From Macrostomum lignano (Eukaryota): a stretch of DNA of 64,000 nt. The translations under genes and the position numbers were made by a program. The notes beneath the pieces are model-generated. The model did not search any database, was not told the DNA's origin, and saw only the letters and a list, made by a program, of their open reading frames with translations. Numbering within the stretch: position 1 is the stretch's first letter; each line of letters starts with the position of its first letter. Of this stretch, positions 12,507 through 22,903 are shown piece after piece. The stretch is from the NCBI GenBank assembly GCA_002269645.1, contig NIVC01001458.1, positions 1 to 64,000 of the forward strand. The letters are read 5' to 3'.

Positions 12507-14499
12507 AAAATTTTATGCAGAAATTTCTCAAAACATCTTAGAATTGTCATAAAGTTTTAAATCGATCTTTTGTCGCAGGCCATAGACAATGTTTTAGTAT
12601 GAATTTTCATTATTACTTTCTCAAGACAGTCAGCAAGTGAAAGAATTTCTAAAAAGGAGAGAAGCGAGTGTGACAAAATTAGCCTAACTGCTTTACCGCA
12701 GATTTGTGCTATTCAATTTGCTATGGCTGCTGCTGAGGAAGACTTCGACTTCTCTGATTTCTTCAACTTATTTAAGAATCCACCTGCTGCTGATGCGGTG
12801 CATCCAATCCATCTTTATCTTCAATAAGCCGTGTGGGTGAGTTGCTTGATTCGACCGACTTGGATCGCAGGATGTCCGAGAGTCTGCCGAATTCTACGCG
12901 CGCGAAGTAAAAGTGGGAAGTCAAAGTGTTTAGAACATGGAAGGAAAATCGCTACGAACTGCAGCTTAGAGAAGTGAATGGCTTGATAGTGCTAGTCTTA
13001 AAAATTTTAAATTCGAAAATTCAAATTCAAATTCAAATTTGGCGCGAGTTCAAAAGAAAAAGAATTGTAATTTCAAACTTTTTGAACGAACCAAACGATC
13101 TAACTCACACTGCTGCACTAAAAAACTCTGCACCAAAATGAACTGCAACTGAGTAAACTGTCACAGTGTTTTACTCATGAGCGATTTTCATTGTGCTCCA
13201 TTTGAAATACATATGATTCCAAAACTCATTTGCAATTTGCAACCTAAAATAATTATAATGTAATGACAATGTGCCTGCAACCTGCAAGCATCAGTAATCA
13301 GTATTGTCCTATGCCCTCATCCCTATGCTATGGCTATCTTAATATATTATTAGTTATCATTAAATAGTTTATATTGATATTTAACTAAATATAAAACAAA
13401 TTAACTATTATATTTTTATTTTAGTTTTTTTCAAAATCTTAAAAATTACTTATTTACACTTACAGTTACACTATTATTAGTATTAGCATTCATTATTTAG
13501 GCCTATGCAATACTAGGCACAAGCATATAGACTTATATCTATTAAAATCTAATCTAAAATCTAAACTTAGAATTTTTTTAACCTTGGCATTGTAGCTTGT
13601 AGTTCTAGTTAGAATCTGTATAAGTACTTGACTCAATACTCAAACTGGAGTAATTGACCTTTATTAGGCTATTTTTCTAATATTTAAACTTAGAAATTTC
13701 TTTTAAAAGATATTTCTCAATAGGCCTACTCAAATAGTTTAGATAAGTCAGTCAATTAAATAGTTAATAGGGCCTAAGATTAAGTTGCCCATTTAATGAT
13801 ACCTTTAAATTTAAATAAGTGGTGTTATATTATATATTATCTACATAACAAATATGTTTAAAAAATAAGAATTATTTTTTTACTTTAACAAAATGGTTTA
13901 TTTATCTATCAATTTGCACTACAAAAAGGTATTTGACCTGATATGCTTAATACATAAATCATAATTGAGCTGTTGAGGCCTTCATTAATGTATATTTTTT
14001 ATGTGTTTAGTATAATAATCTAAACTATGGGTATAATTTTTTGTTAATCTTATTAGCATTTTCAAATGTTTAATTTCTGTATATTCTATGTTTCATATAG
14101 TTTTTTAGATTAAAACAAAATAGTGCATAGTTAACATATAGTTAGCATAGATTTATTCCTCAAAAATATTTTGATATATACTATGCTATTTTCCTGACTT
14201 TTTATTTATTGTCTGACTTATAATAGTATATAAAATATATTATAATTCTATAGTCTAACAATAGCCAGTTACAAACTTCTCAAGCTCAACTTAACTATTT
14301 AATTTTTTGTTAACTACTTAAGCTTAGCTCAAATAGAAAATCTAGGCTTATTGGGACTTACTTCTAGTTATGCAGAAGTAGTAATTAGTACTATTAGATC
14401 TAGCCACTATATTATAACCAACAAATACCAATGAATCTGAATGCCAAGAAACTCCAAATTCAAAATTGAAAACCAACCAATAATATATTTTGATCCTCT

Positions 14500-15140
14500 A
14501 AGGTAAATCTCCTTTTAAACCATCCTACAGAATCTTTCCTTAATCCATCCCAGAGTATCTTCCCTTAATCCATCCTAAATAATCTCTCTTTAATCCATCC
14601 CAGATAATCTACCCTTAATCCATCCTAGATATCTCCCTTTAATCCATCCCAGATAATCTCTCCTTAATCCATCCCAGATAATCTCCCCTCAATCCATCCC
14701 AGATAATCTCTCCTTAATCCATCCCAGATAATCTCTCCTTAATCCATCCCATATAATCTCTCCTTAATCCATCCCAGATAATCTCCCCTCAATCCATCCC
14801 AGATAATCTCTCCTTAATCCATCCCAGATAATCTCTCCTTAATCCATCCCATATAATCTCTCCTCTTAATCCATCCAAGATAATCTCCCCTTAATCTATC
14901 CCAGAGAATCTCCTTAATCCATCCCAGAGAATCTCCTTAATCCATCCCAGATAATCTCCCCTTAATCCATCCCAGATAATCTCCCCTCAATCCATCCCAG
15001 AGAATCTCCTTAATCCATCCCAGATAATCTTCCCTCAATCCATCCCAGATAATCTCCCCTCAATCCATCCCAGATAATCTCCCCTCAATCCATCCCAGAT
15101 AATCTCCCCTCAATCCATCCCAGATATTCTCCCCTTAAGG
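14500..15140. repeat. About 25-bp degenerate minisatellite (AATCCATCCCAGATAATCTCCCCTT)
   Basis: Direct periodicity; same family as 19545-20535. Confidence 0.9.
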
Positions 15141-15419
15141 GGTATCTTAAGCTGATGCAGTCCATCCCACAGAATCTCTCTTTAATACACTACACTCCAT
15201 GAATTAAGGAATTTAGAACTTTTAATTAAAAGGTAAAAATTTATAAATTATTCCCTTTTTTCAATCGTCTTATTGATTGAAGCAAAATCATTAAGCATCT
15301 AATAATGCACCCATCTAACTAATAAGTAATTGTAAAAAGTCAAATTTTCTAGTTCTATTGTTTCAACTACCGCATGCTTCCAGTATTAGATTAGACCCAA
15401 ACCACTCAACAATAAAGCA

Positions 15420-15881
15420 ATGCCCAGGAAATCCCAATTGAAAACCAAGAACCGCCCGGCGGCAGATTTAGACCAAGTTGCTGCCGATTTAGCCTCGCCG
15501 ACTCGAACCCGGGACCTTCTATATCGCCAACCAGACGAAGATCTGCCAGGCGCCGGCCAGTACTATTGCCTTGTGTGCGCCAGGCACATGACGGATCGCC
15601 AGGCACTGCTGGAGCATCGGCGAGGCAAGCCGCATAAGCGCCGATTGAAGGAGCTCGGCGACAAGCCCTACGCCCAGGCTGAGGCCGACGCTGCTGGCGG
15701 TCTCGGCGTCTACAGTCGGCCGGCTGTTGGCGACAAACGGCGTCGGATTGTTGAACCGTTGAAGCCGGAGCTGAGCCTGCCGGCTGCGGGCTCGTCTGCG
15801 CCGATTGAACCGGCTGCGACTCCGGCTAAGGCTGCCAGACTGGTTGAACAGCCTATGCGGACTGGCAATAAAGATTTGTGA
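15420..15881 (+). CDS. ZNF593: Zinc finger protein 593 / Bud20 homologue (60S biogenesis), single exon, 153 aa
   Basis: DLDQV...DEDLPGAGQYYCLVCARH...HRRGKPHKRRLKEL..PYAQAEADAAGG matches the ZNF593/Bud20 signature (DLPG.GQ.YC..C, HK.RLK.L...PY...EA..A.G). Confidence 0.93.
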   Translation: MPRKSQLKTKNRPAADLDQVAADLASPTRTRDLLYRQPDEDLPGAGQYYCLVCARHMTDRQALLEHRRGKPHKRRLKELGDKPYAQAEADAAGGLGVYSRPAVGDKRRRIVEPLKPELSLPAAGSSAPIEPAATPAKAARLVEQPMRTGNKDL

Positions 15882-15900
15882 CGCTTAGTTAGATTGTTCA

Positions 15901-16677
15901 GCTGCCTGATCCTTCAGCTCCCGCTAGCTGCCTGATCCTTCAGCTCCCGCTAGCTGCCTGATCCTTCAGCTCCCGCTAGCTGCCTGATCCTTCAGCTCCC
16001 GCTAGCTGCCTGATCTTTCAGCTCCCGCTAGCTGCCTGATCCTTCAGCTCCCGCTAGCTGCCTGATCCTTCAGCTCCCGCTAGCTGCCTGATCCTTCAGC
16101 TCCCGCTAGCTGCCTTTATCCTTCAGCTCCCGCTAGCTGCCTGATCCTTCAGCTCCCGCTAGCTGCCTGATCCTTCAGCTCCCGCTAGCTGCCTGATCCT
16201 TCAGCTCCCGCTAGCTGCCTGATCCTTCAGCTCCCGCTAGCTGCCTGATCCTTCAGCTCCCGCTAGCTGCCTGATCCTTCAGCTCCCGCTAGCTGCCTGA
16301 TCCTTCAGCTCCCGCTAGCTGCCTGATCCTTCAGCTCCCGCTAGCTGCCTGATCCTTCAGCTCCCGCTAGCTGCCTGATCCTTCAGCTCCCGCTAGCTGC
16401 CTGATCCTTCAGCTCCCGCTAGCTGCCTGATCCTTCAGCTCCCGCTAGCTGCCTGATCCTTCAGCTCCCGCTAGCTGCCTGATCCTTCAGCTCCCGCTAG
16501 CTGCCTGATCCTTCAGCTCCCGCTAGCTGCCTGATCTTTCAGCTCCCGCTAGCTGCCTGATCCTTCAGCTCCCGCTAGCTGCCTGATCCTTCAGCTCCCG
16601 CTAGCTGCCTGATCCTTCAGCTCCCGCTAGCTGCCTGATCTTTCAGCTCCCGCTAGCTGCCTGATCCTTCAGCTCCC
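15901..16677. repeat. 26-bp minisatellite (GCTGCCTGATCCTTCAGCTCCCGCTA), about 30 copies
   Basis: Near-perfect periodicity starting 20 nt after the ZNF593 stop. Confidence 0.96.
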
Positions 16678-16889
16678 CTTACGAGTATCGCAAGTGAATT
16701 ATTTCGGCTTAAACATTGCATTGCAGTTTAATTGTTTTAACTTTATCGATCGCAAACATAGAGTGGCTATGTTTAAAATTCAACAAATATTGAGTGGCTT
16801 TTCATTGTAAGCTGGAGATCTGCCTGTTCACTTTCCGTTCTTTTTCTTTGGTTTTAAGCTAAAAGTCTGGCCTTAAATACCCCTACCCT

Positions 16890-17610
16890 CCTGATGCTTT
16901 GTTAGATCATTAACAAGGCCTTGGATACCCCCGGATGCTTTTTTAGATAATTAACGAGGCCTTAGCTACCCCTGATGCTTTGTTAGTTCATTAACAAGGC
17001 CTTGGGTACCCCTGATGCTTTTTTAGATCATTAACGAGGCCTTAGCTACCCCTGATGCTTTGTTAGTTCATTAAAGAGGCCTTGGGTACCCCTGATGCTT
17101 TGTTAGTTCATTAAAGAGGCCTTGGGTACCCCTGATGCTTTGTTAGTTCATTAAAGAGGCCTTGGGTACCCCTGATGCTTTGTTAGTTCATTAAAGAGGC
17201 CTTGGGTACCCCTGATGCTTTGTTAGTTCAATAAAGAGGCCTTGGGTACCCCTGATGCTTTGTTAGTTCATTAAAGAGGCCTTGGGTACCCCTGATGCTT
17301 TGTTAGTTCATTAAAGAGGCCTTGGGTACCCCTGATGCTTTGTTAGTTCAATAAAGAGGCCTTGGGTACCCCTGATGCTTTGTTAGTTCATTAAAGAGGC
17401 CTTGGGTACCCCTGATGCTTTGTTAGTTCATTAAAGAGGCCTTGGGTACCCCTGATGCTTTGTTAGTTCAATAAAGAGGCCTTGGGTACCCCTGATGCTT
17501 TGTTAGTTCATTAAAGAGGCCTTGGGTACCCCTGATGCTTTGTTAGTTCAATAAAGAGGCCTTGGGTACCCCTGATGCCTTATTAGTTTATTAACGAGGC
17601 CTTAGATACC
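16890..17610. repeat. 40-bp minisatellite (GAGGCCTTGGGTACCCCTGATGCTTTGTTAGTTCATTAAA), about 18 copies
   Basis: Direct periodicity immediately upstream of the ZDHHC4 ATG. Confidence 0.95.
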
Positions 17611-17683
17611 CCCCCCCCGATTATTAGCTCATTAATCGAAGAATCCGTACATTAACGTACAATACTCTTCTGAGTCTCCAACC

Positions 17684-20600
17684 ATGTTCGACCTTCTACC
17701 GTTGCTAATTGCCTACCTGGCAATCTGCACTGCGCTGTTGACTCTCTACTTTTTGTCCGACACAAAACTGCTGCGTAATTCGCCACTTAAAACCTACCTG
17801 ATTCGATCCTATAAGGTGAGATAAAGAATTCCCATCTGATTTAAAATAATGTTCTAATTAAGCTACTATAAGTAGAAATTCAAGTAGTTTTCCCTAAAAC
17901 ACAAAAATCCTGTTTGCACAGTCAACCGTTCGCCTCTGCCCGATTGCTATTCGTCGAACTATCGCCGAACTTGTCACCGTGCTGCTCTACCGACGAAATA
18001 CCGCCTTTCAATGCCTGCTAGTTGGCTTGCTGGGCCTCGGCTATTTTATAATGCTGCGCGATGCTATTCCCATACTGTATCACTGGGACTACCACTCTAA
18101 TCATGTGTTCTTGCCGCTGCTTCTGCTGTTCACCTGCCTGTGCTTCTATGCCTGCACCTGCCTGTCCGATCCGGGTATGTACATTTCTGTCAGCGATGTT
18201 ATTTTAGTCTGCGAATGAGCCAGTGATCCCAATTTATTATGACAATGAGTCAGTGATCCCACTTTATTTTAGGAATGAGTCAGTGATCCCACTTGATTAT
18301 GCGAATGAGCCAGTGATCCCAATTGATTATGACAATGAGTCAGTGATCCCGCTTGATTATGGGAATGAGTCAGTGATCCCATTTGAATCTGGGAATGCGT
18401 CAGTGATCCCACTTGATTATGGGAATGAGTCAGTGATCGCAATCGAATCTGGGAATGCGTCAGTGATCCCGCTTGATTATGGTAATGCGTCAGTGATCCC
18501 ATTTGAATCTGGGAATGCGTCAGTGATCCCATTTGAATCTGGGAATGCGTCAGTGATCCCGCTTGATTATGGGAATGAGTCAGTGATCCCGCTTGATTAT
18601 GGGAATGAGTCAGTAATCCCGCTTGATTATGGGAATGAGTCAGTGATCCCGCTTGATTATGGGAATGAGTCAGTGATCCCATTTGAATCTGGGAATGCGT
18701 CAGTGATCCCGCTTGATTATGGGAATGAGTCAGTGATCCCGCTTGATTATGGGAATGAGTCAGTGATCCCGCTTGATTATGGGAATGAGTCAGTGATCCC
18801 GCTTGATTATGGGAATGAGTCAGTGATCCCGCTTGATTATGGGAATGAGTCAGTGATCCCGCTTGATTATGGGAATGAGTCAGTGATCCCGCTTGATTAT
18901 GGGAATGAGTCAGTGATCCCGCTTGATTATGGGAATGAGTCAGTGATCCCGCTTGATTATGGGAATGAGTCAGTGATCCCATTTGAATCTGGGAATGCGT
19001 CAGTGATCCCGCTTGATTATGGGAATGAGTCAGTGATCCCATTTGAATCTGGGAATGCGTCAGTGATCCCACTTGAATCTGGGAATGCGTCAGTGATCCC
19101 ACTTGATTATGGGAATGAGTCAGTGATCGCAATCGAATCTGAGAATGAGTCAGTGATCCCATTTGAATCTGGTAATGAGTCAGTGATCCCATTTGAATCT
19201 GGGAATGAGTCAGTGATCCCATTTGAATCTGGGAATGCGTCAGTGATCCCACTTGATTATGGGAATGAGTCAGTGATCGCAATCGAATCTGAGAATGAGT
19301 CAGTGATCCCAGGAATGAGTCGCTAGCCAACCCAGCACCCACCCGATCCCTATTCACAACGCCGCAGGTGAGATAACCGAGCGCACACTGTACAAGTACC
19401 AACCAGTGTACGGGCATGACGGTCAGCTGTTTCGCGACGATAGTTGCTGTAGAACCTGCGGCTTTGTGCGACCAGCCCGATCTAGGCACTGCGGTATGTG
19501 CTGCCTTGTTATTTAGTTTATTCTTTGTATGGGATTTAGTACAGAATCTCCCCTTAATCCATCCTAGAGAATCTCCCCTTTATCCGCCCATAGAATCTCC
19601 CCTTAATCCATCCTAGAGAATCTCCACTTAATCCGCCCCACAGAATCTCCCCTTAATCCACCCACAGAATCTCCCCTTAATCCATCCCAGAGAATCTCCC
19701 CTTAATCCATTCCAGAGAATCTCCCCTTAATCCATTCCAGAGAGTCTCCCCTTAATCCGCCCCACAGAATCTCCCCTTAATCCGCCCACAGAATCTCCCC
19801 TTAATCCGCCCGCAGAATCTCCCCTTAATCCACCCACAGAATCTCCCCTTAATCCGCCCACAGAATCTCCCCTTAATCCGCCCACAGAATCTCCCCTTAA
19901 TCCGCCCGCAGAATCTCCCCTTAATCCGCCCACAGAATCTCCCCTTAATCCGCCCACAGAATCTCCCCTTAATCCGCCCACAGAATCTCCCCTTAATCCG
20001 CCCAGAGAATCTCCCCTTAATCCGCCCACAGAATCTCCCCTTAATCCGCCCACAGAATCTCCCCTTAATCCACCCACAGAATCTCCCCTTAATCCACCCA
20101 CAGAATCTCCCCTTAATCCGCCCACAGAATCTCCCCTTAATCCATTCCAGAGAGTCTCCCCTTAATCCGCCCCACAGAATCTCCCCTTAATCCGCCCACA
20201 GAATCTCCCCTTAATCCGCCCGCAGAATCTCCCCTTAATCCACCCACAGAATCTCCCCTTAATCCGCCCACAGAATCTCCCCTTAATCCGCCCACAGAAT
20301 CTCCCCTTAATCCGCCCGCAGAATCTCCCCTTAATCCACCCACAGAATCTCCCCTTAATCCGCCCACAGAATCTCCCCTTAATCCGCCCACAGAATCTCC
20401 CCTTAATCCGCCCACAGAATCTCCCCTTAATCCGCCCACAGAATCTCCCCTTAATCCGCCCACAGAATCTCCCCTTAATCCGCCCACAGAATCTCCCCTT
20501 AATCCGCCCACAGAATCTCCCCTTAATCCGCCCCAAGGAATCTTTTAATCTACCTCATACGCCTACTCTTAATTCAGCTTATGACTTCCCTTCACCCCAA

Positions 20601-22011
20601 AGAATCCAGTTTTTAAACATATTTTCGACTTTGAATTCAGACACGTGCGACGTTTGCATCCACCGCTATGATCATCACTGCGTGTGGACCAACTGCTGCA
20701 TTGGCGGACTGAACCTTCGCTATTTTCTTGGCTTCCTAGTCTCCCTGTGCTGCGTCTGTCTCAACGCATCCTGGCTGGCTATCGAATCGCTGGGTCACGT
20801 GGTCTCCGCTCATCGCATGTGGGAAGCCGTCTGGCTTGATGCTGAGAATCGTCAGCAGCCAATGAATTTGCGTGTACTAGTGCAGGTTGGCGAACTATTG
20901 TTGTCATTTGAAAATATTTGAATGCAATGCATTTTTCTCTATCTCTTTCTTGAATATATCTCCCACCTTTTGTAGTGTACACCCGGTCCTAGACTATCCC
21001 GCACACATCACCCATCCCCAATGTACATCGGACCATAGACTATCCTGCACACATCAATCATCCCCAATGTACACCCGGTCCTAGACTATCCCGCACACAT
21101 CACCCCTCCGCAATGTACATCCGACCCTAGACTATCCCGCACACATCACCCCTCCGCAATGTACATCCGACCCTAGACTATCCCGCACACATCACCCATC
21201 CCCAATGTACATCCGACCCTAGACTATCCCGCACACATAATCATCCCCAATGTACATCCAACCCTAGACTATCCCGCACACATCAATCATCCCCAATGTA
21301 CATCCGACCCTAGACTATCCCGCACACATCAATCATCCCCCAATGTACATCCAACCCTAGACTATCCCGCGCACATCACCCATCCCCCAATGTACATCCG
21401 ACCCTAGACTATCCCGCGCACATCACCCATCCCCCAATGTACATCCGACCCTAGACTATCCCGCGCACATCACCCATCCCCCAATGTACATCCGACCCTA
21501 GATTATAATCCATCCTAAATACTAAGAAACCCTATTTGCAGTACTTATTCTAAGTGACCATAAGCTAATCCCCCCGTTTCCATGGCAGCACTTATTTGTG
21601 ACCTACCCCCGTCTGGTGCTGCTTGCTTTCGGGCCGGTCCTCGTTGCTTTGCCTTTAATTGGCTACACCTGCTATCACCTGTACTTGGCCGGCACAAACC
21701 AGACTGGATACGAGAGACGGAAATTGGCCAACTTGTTAGCCGAACGGCAGCGCTATTGTCGTCTAGGCGGCGATATCAATGCTGGCGCCATCAGCGCCAC
21801 CGGCTTCGGTCGGGGCTGGCGCCAAAATTGGCGCGAAGTTCTGCTGCCGCACGACCGACTTGGTCGCGACCGAGTCTACGGCAGCTCCTCCAGTGCAGCC
21901 GCCTCCGCTCGTCGAACCAGTTTTTCGTCTTCTAAACGGCGAAATAACATTGCTACTGATTATGCTCCAGCTGGTAGTACTAATAGTAGCGGTGGTATGC
22001 GCGATTTGTGA
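17684..22011 (+). CDS. ZDHHC4: DHHC palmitoyltransferase, ZDHHC4-like, about 392 aa (exons 17684-17815, 17922-18174, 19368-19493, 20641-20885, 21589-22011)
   Basis: Spliced protein contains SDPG, CRTCGFVRPARSRHC-DTCDVCIHRYDHHCVWTNCCIGGLNLRYF (DHHC-CRD), HLFVTYPRLV and TNQTGYE. The N-terminal LLYRRNTAF resembles ZDHHC4 LFHTRNHTF. All introns are GT-AG with consistent phases. AATAAA near 22162. Confidence 0.88.
18213..19322. repeat. 30-bp minisatellite (GGGAATGAGTCAGTGATCCCGCTTGATTAT), ZDHHC4 intron 2
   Basis: Direct periodicity; source of the spurious ORFs 18223 and 18269. Confidence 0.96.
19545..20535. repeat. 24-bp minisatellite (AATCTCCCCTTAATCCGCCCACAG), ZDHHC4 intron 3
   Basis: Direct periodicity with an internal block duplication of about 410 bp. 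Confidence 0.95.
20985..21505. repeat. 46-47-bp minisatellite (CCCTAGACTATCCCGCACACATCACCCATCCCCAATGTACATCCGA), ZDHHC4 intron 4
   Basis: About 11 direct copies. Confidence 0.92.
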
Positions 22012-22260
22012 AAAACTGTTATAACAAAGTTTCTTTTCAACTAAATTGCATTGGATTTCATTGCTAGTCAATTTTGTGTAGATTACCACACAAACTAAAC
22101 TTGAACAAAAATTGTTTATGCTGTTTGTTGCTAAAGGTTTTTTGTAAAGTCTGTCGATATAAATAAACAGTTTCTATATTATTTTACATATAAAGTATTT
22201 TTCGAGTTTCTTATTTGGTTATTGCTGTCAACTTTGTTGTCTGCATCGCGATACTAATAA

Positions 22261-22681
22261 CTAGATGGGCCACTCAGGCATATACGAGCGTATACTGAGT
22301 AAAACAGCTTTCTACTTTCAGTTCAGTAGCAAAGAAGAATACATAAGCTATTTTATAAAAAATAAAGGCAGCTGAAATGACTTTGATAAGTTTAGAAGCC
22401 CAAGCGTAAACAGCTTGCTAATTGGTTCAGCAATAATGTACATTAGCCAGCGCCACTGAAATGTACATGGAAGTCTGAGGCTGGAATTCCAAGAAAGGCA
22501 ATAAAATTGGAGCGGGGTGGGCGGTAGTGTGGAAAGGCGCGGTTGGAGAGTTCAAGCTGGGGGGGGGTAAGAGCTAATAAATGAGCCTTGGCTTTAAAAA
22601 TACATTAAAATGCTTCTGTTTAACTTGATACTACTGAACTGAAAGTAGCTTACACGCAAATGTGCTGAGTGGCCCATCTAG
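22261..22681. mobile_element. MITE-like element with terminal inverted repeats
   Basis: Perfect 17-bp terminal IR CTAGATGGGCCACTCAG/CTGAGTGGCCCATCTAG, plus a perfect 18-bp subterminal IR CTACTTTCAGTTCAGTAG/CTACTGAACTGAAAGTAG. The terminal CTAG or TA may be the TSD. No ORF. Confidence 0.85.
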
Positions 22682-22903
22682 ATCTAGCTATTCTAATATC
22701 TGTGGTACAGATAGAAACTTTAGGTACAGAGACTACTAGAGACGCAAGAACGGGCTGCTTTATTTCTTGGAAAATTTTTGTTGAAGGCTGAAGAAAAAGA
22801 CACTATCCAGATGGTAGTTTTTTAAATTAAATTTTAGTATAAAATATCGAAGTTTTATTTAATTAACATTCACAATGCTCTACTATATTTTCAGTAGTGT
22901 TTT

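Noticed and set aside
14441-14476. Resemblance to the ZNF593 start (ATGCC...AATTGAAAACCAA, cf. 15420-15448)
   Set aside because: Only a 13-mer plus a 5-mer within very AT-rich sequence; compatible with chance.
13200-14480. Very AT-rich block as an origin or horizontally acquired DNA
   Set aside because: No structure, ORF or boundary repeats seen; could be ordinary intergenic or low-quality consensus sequence.
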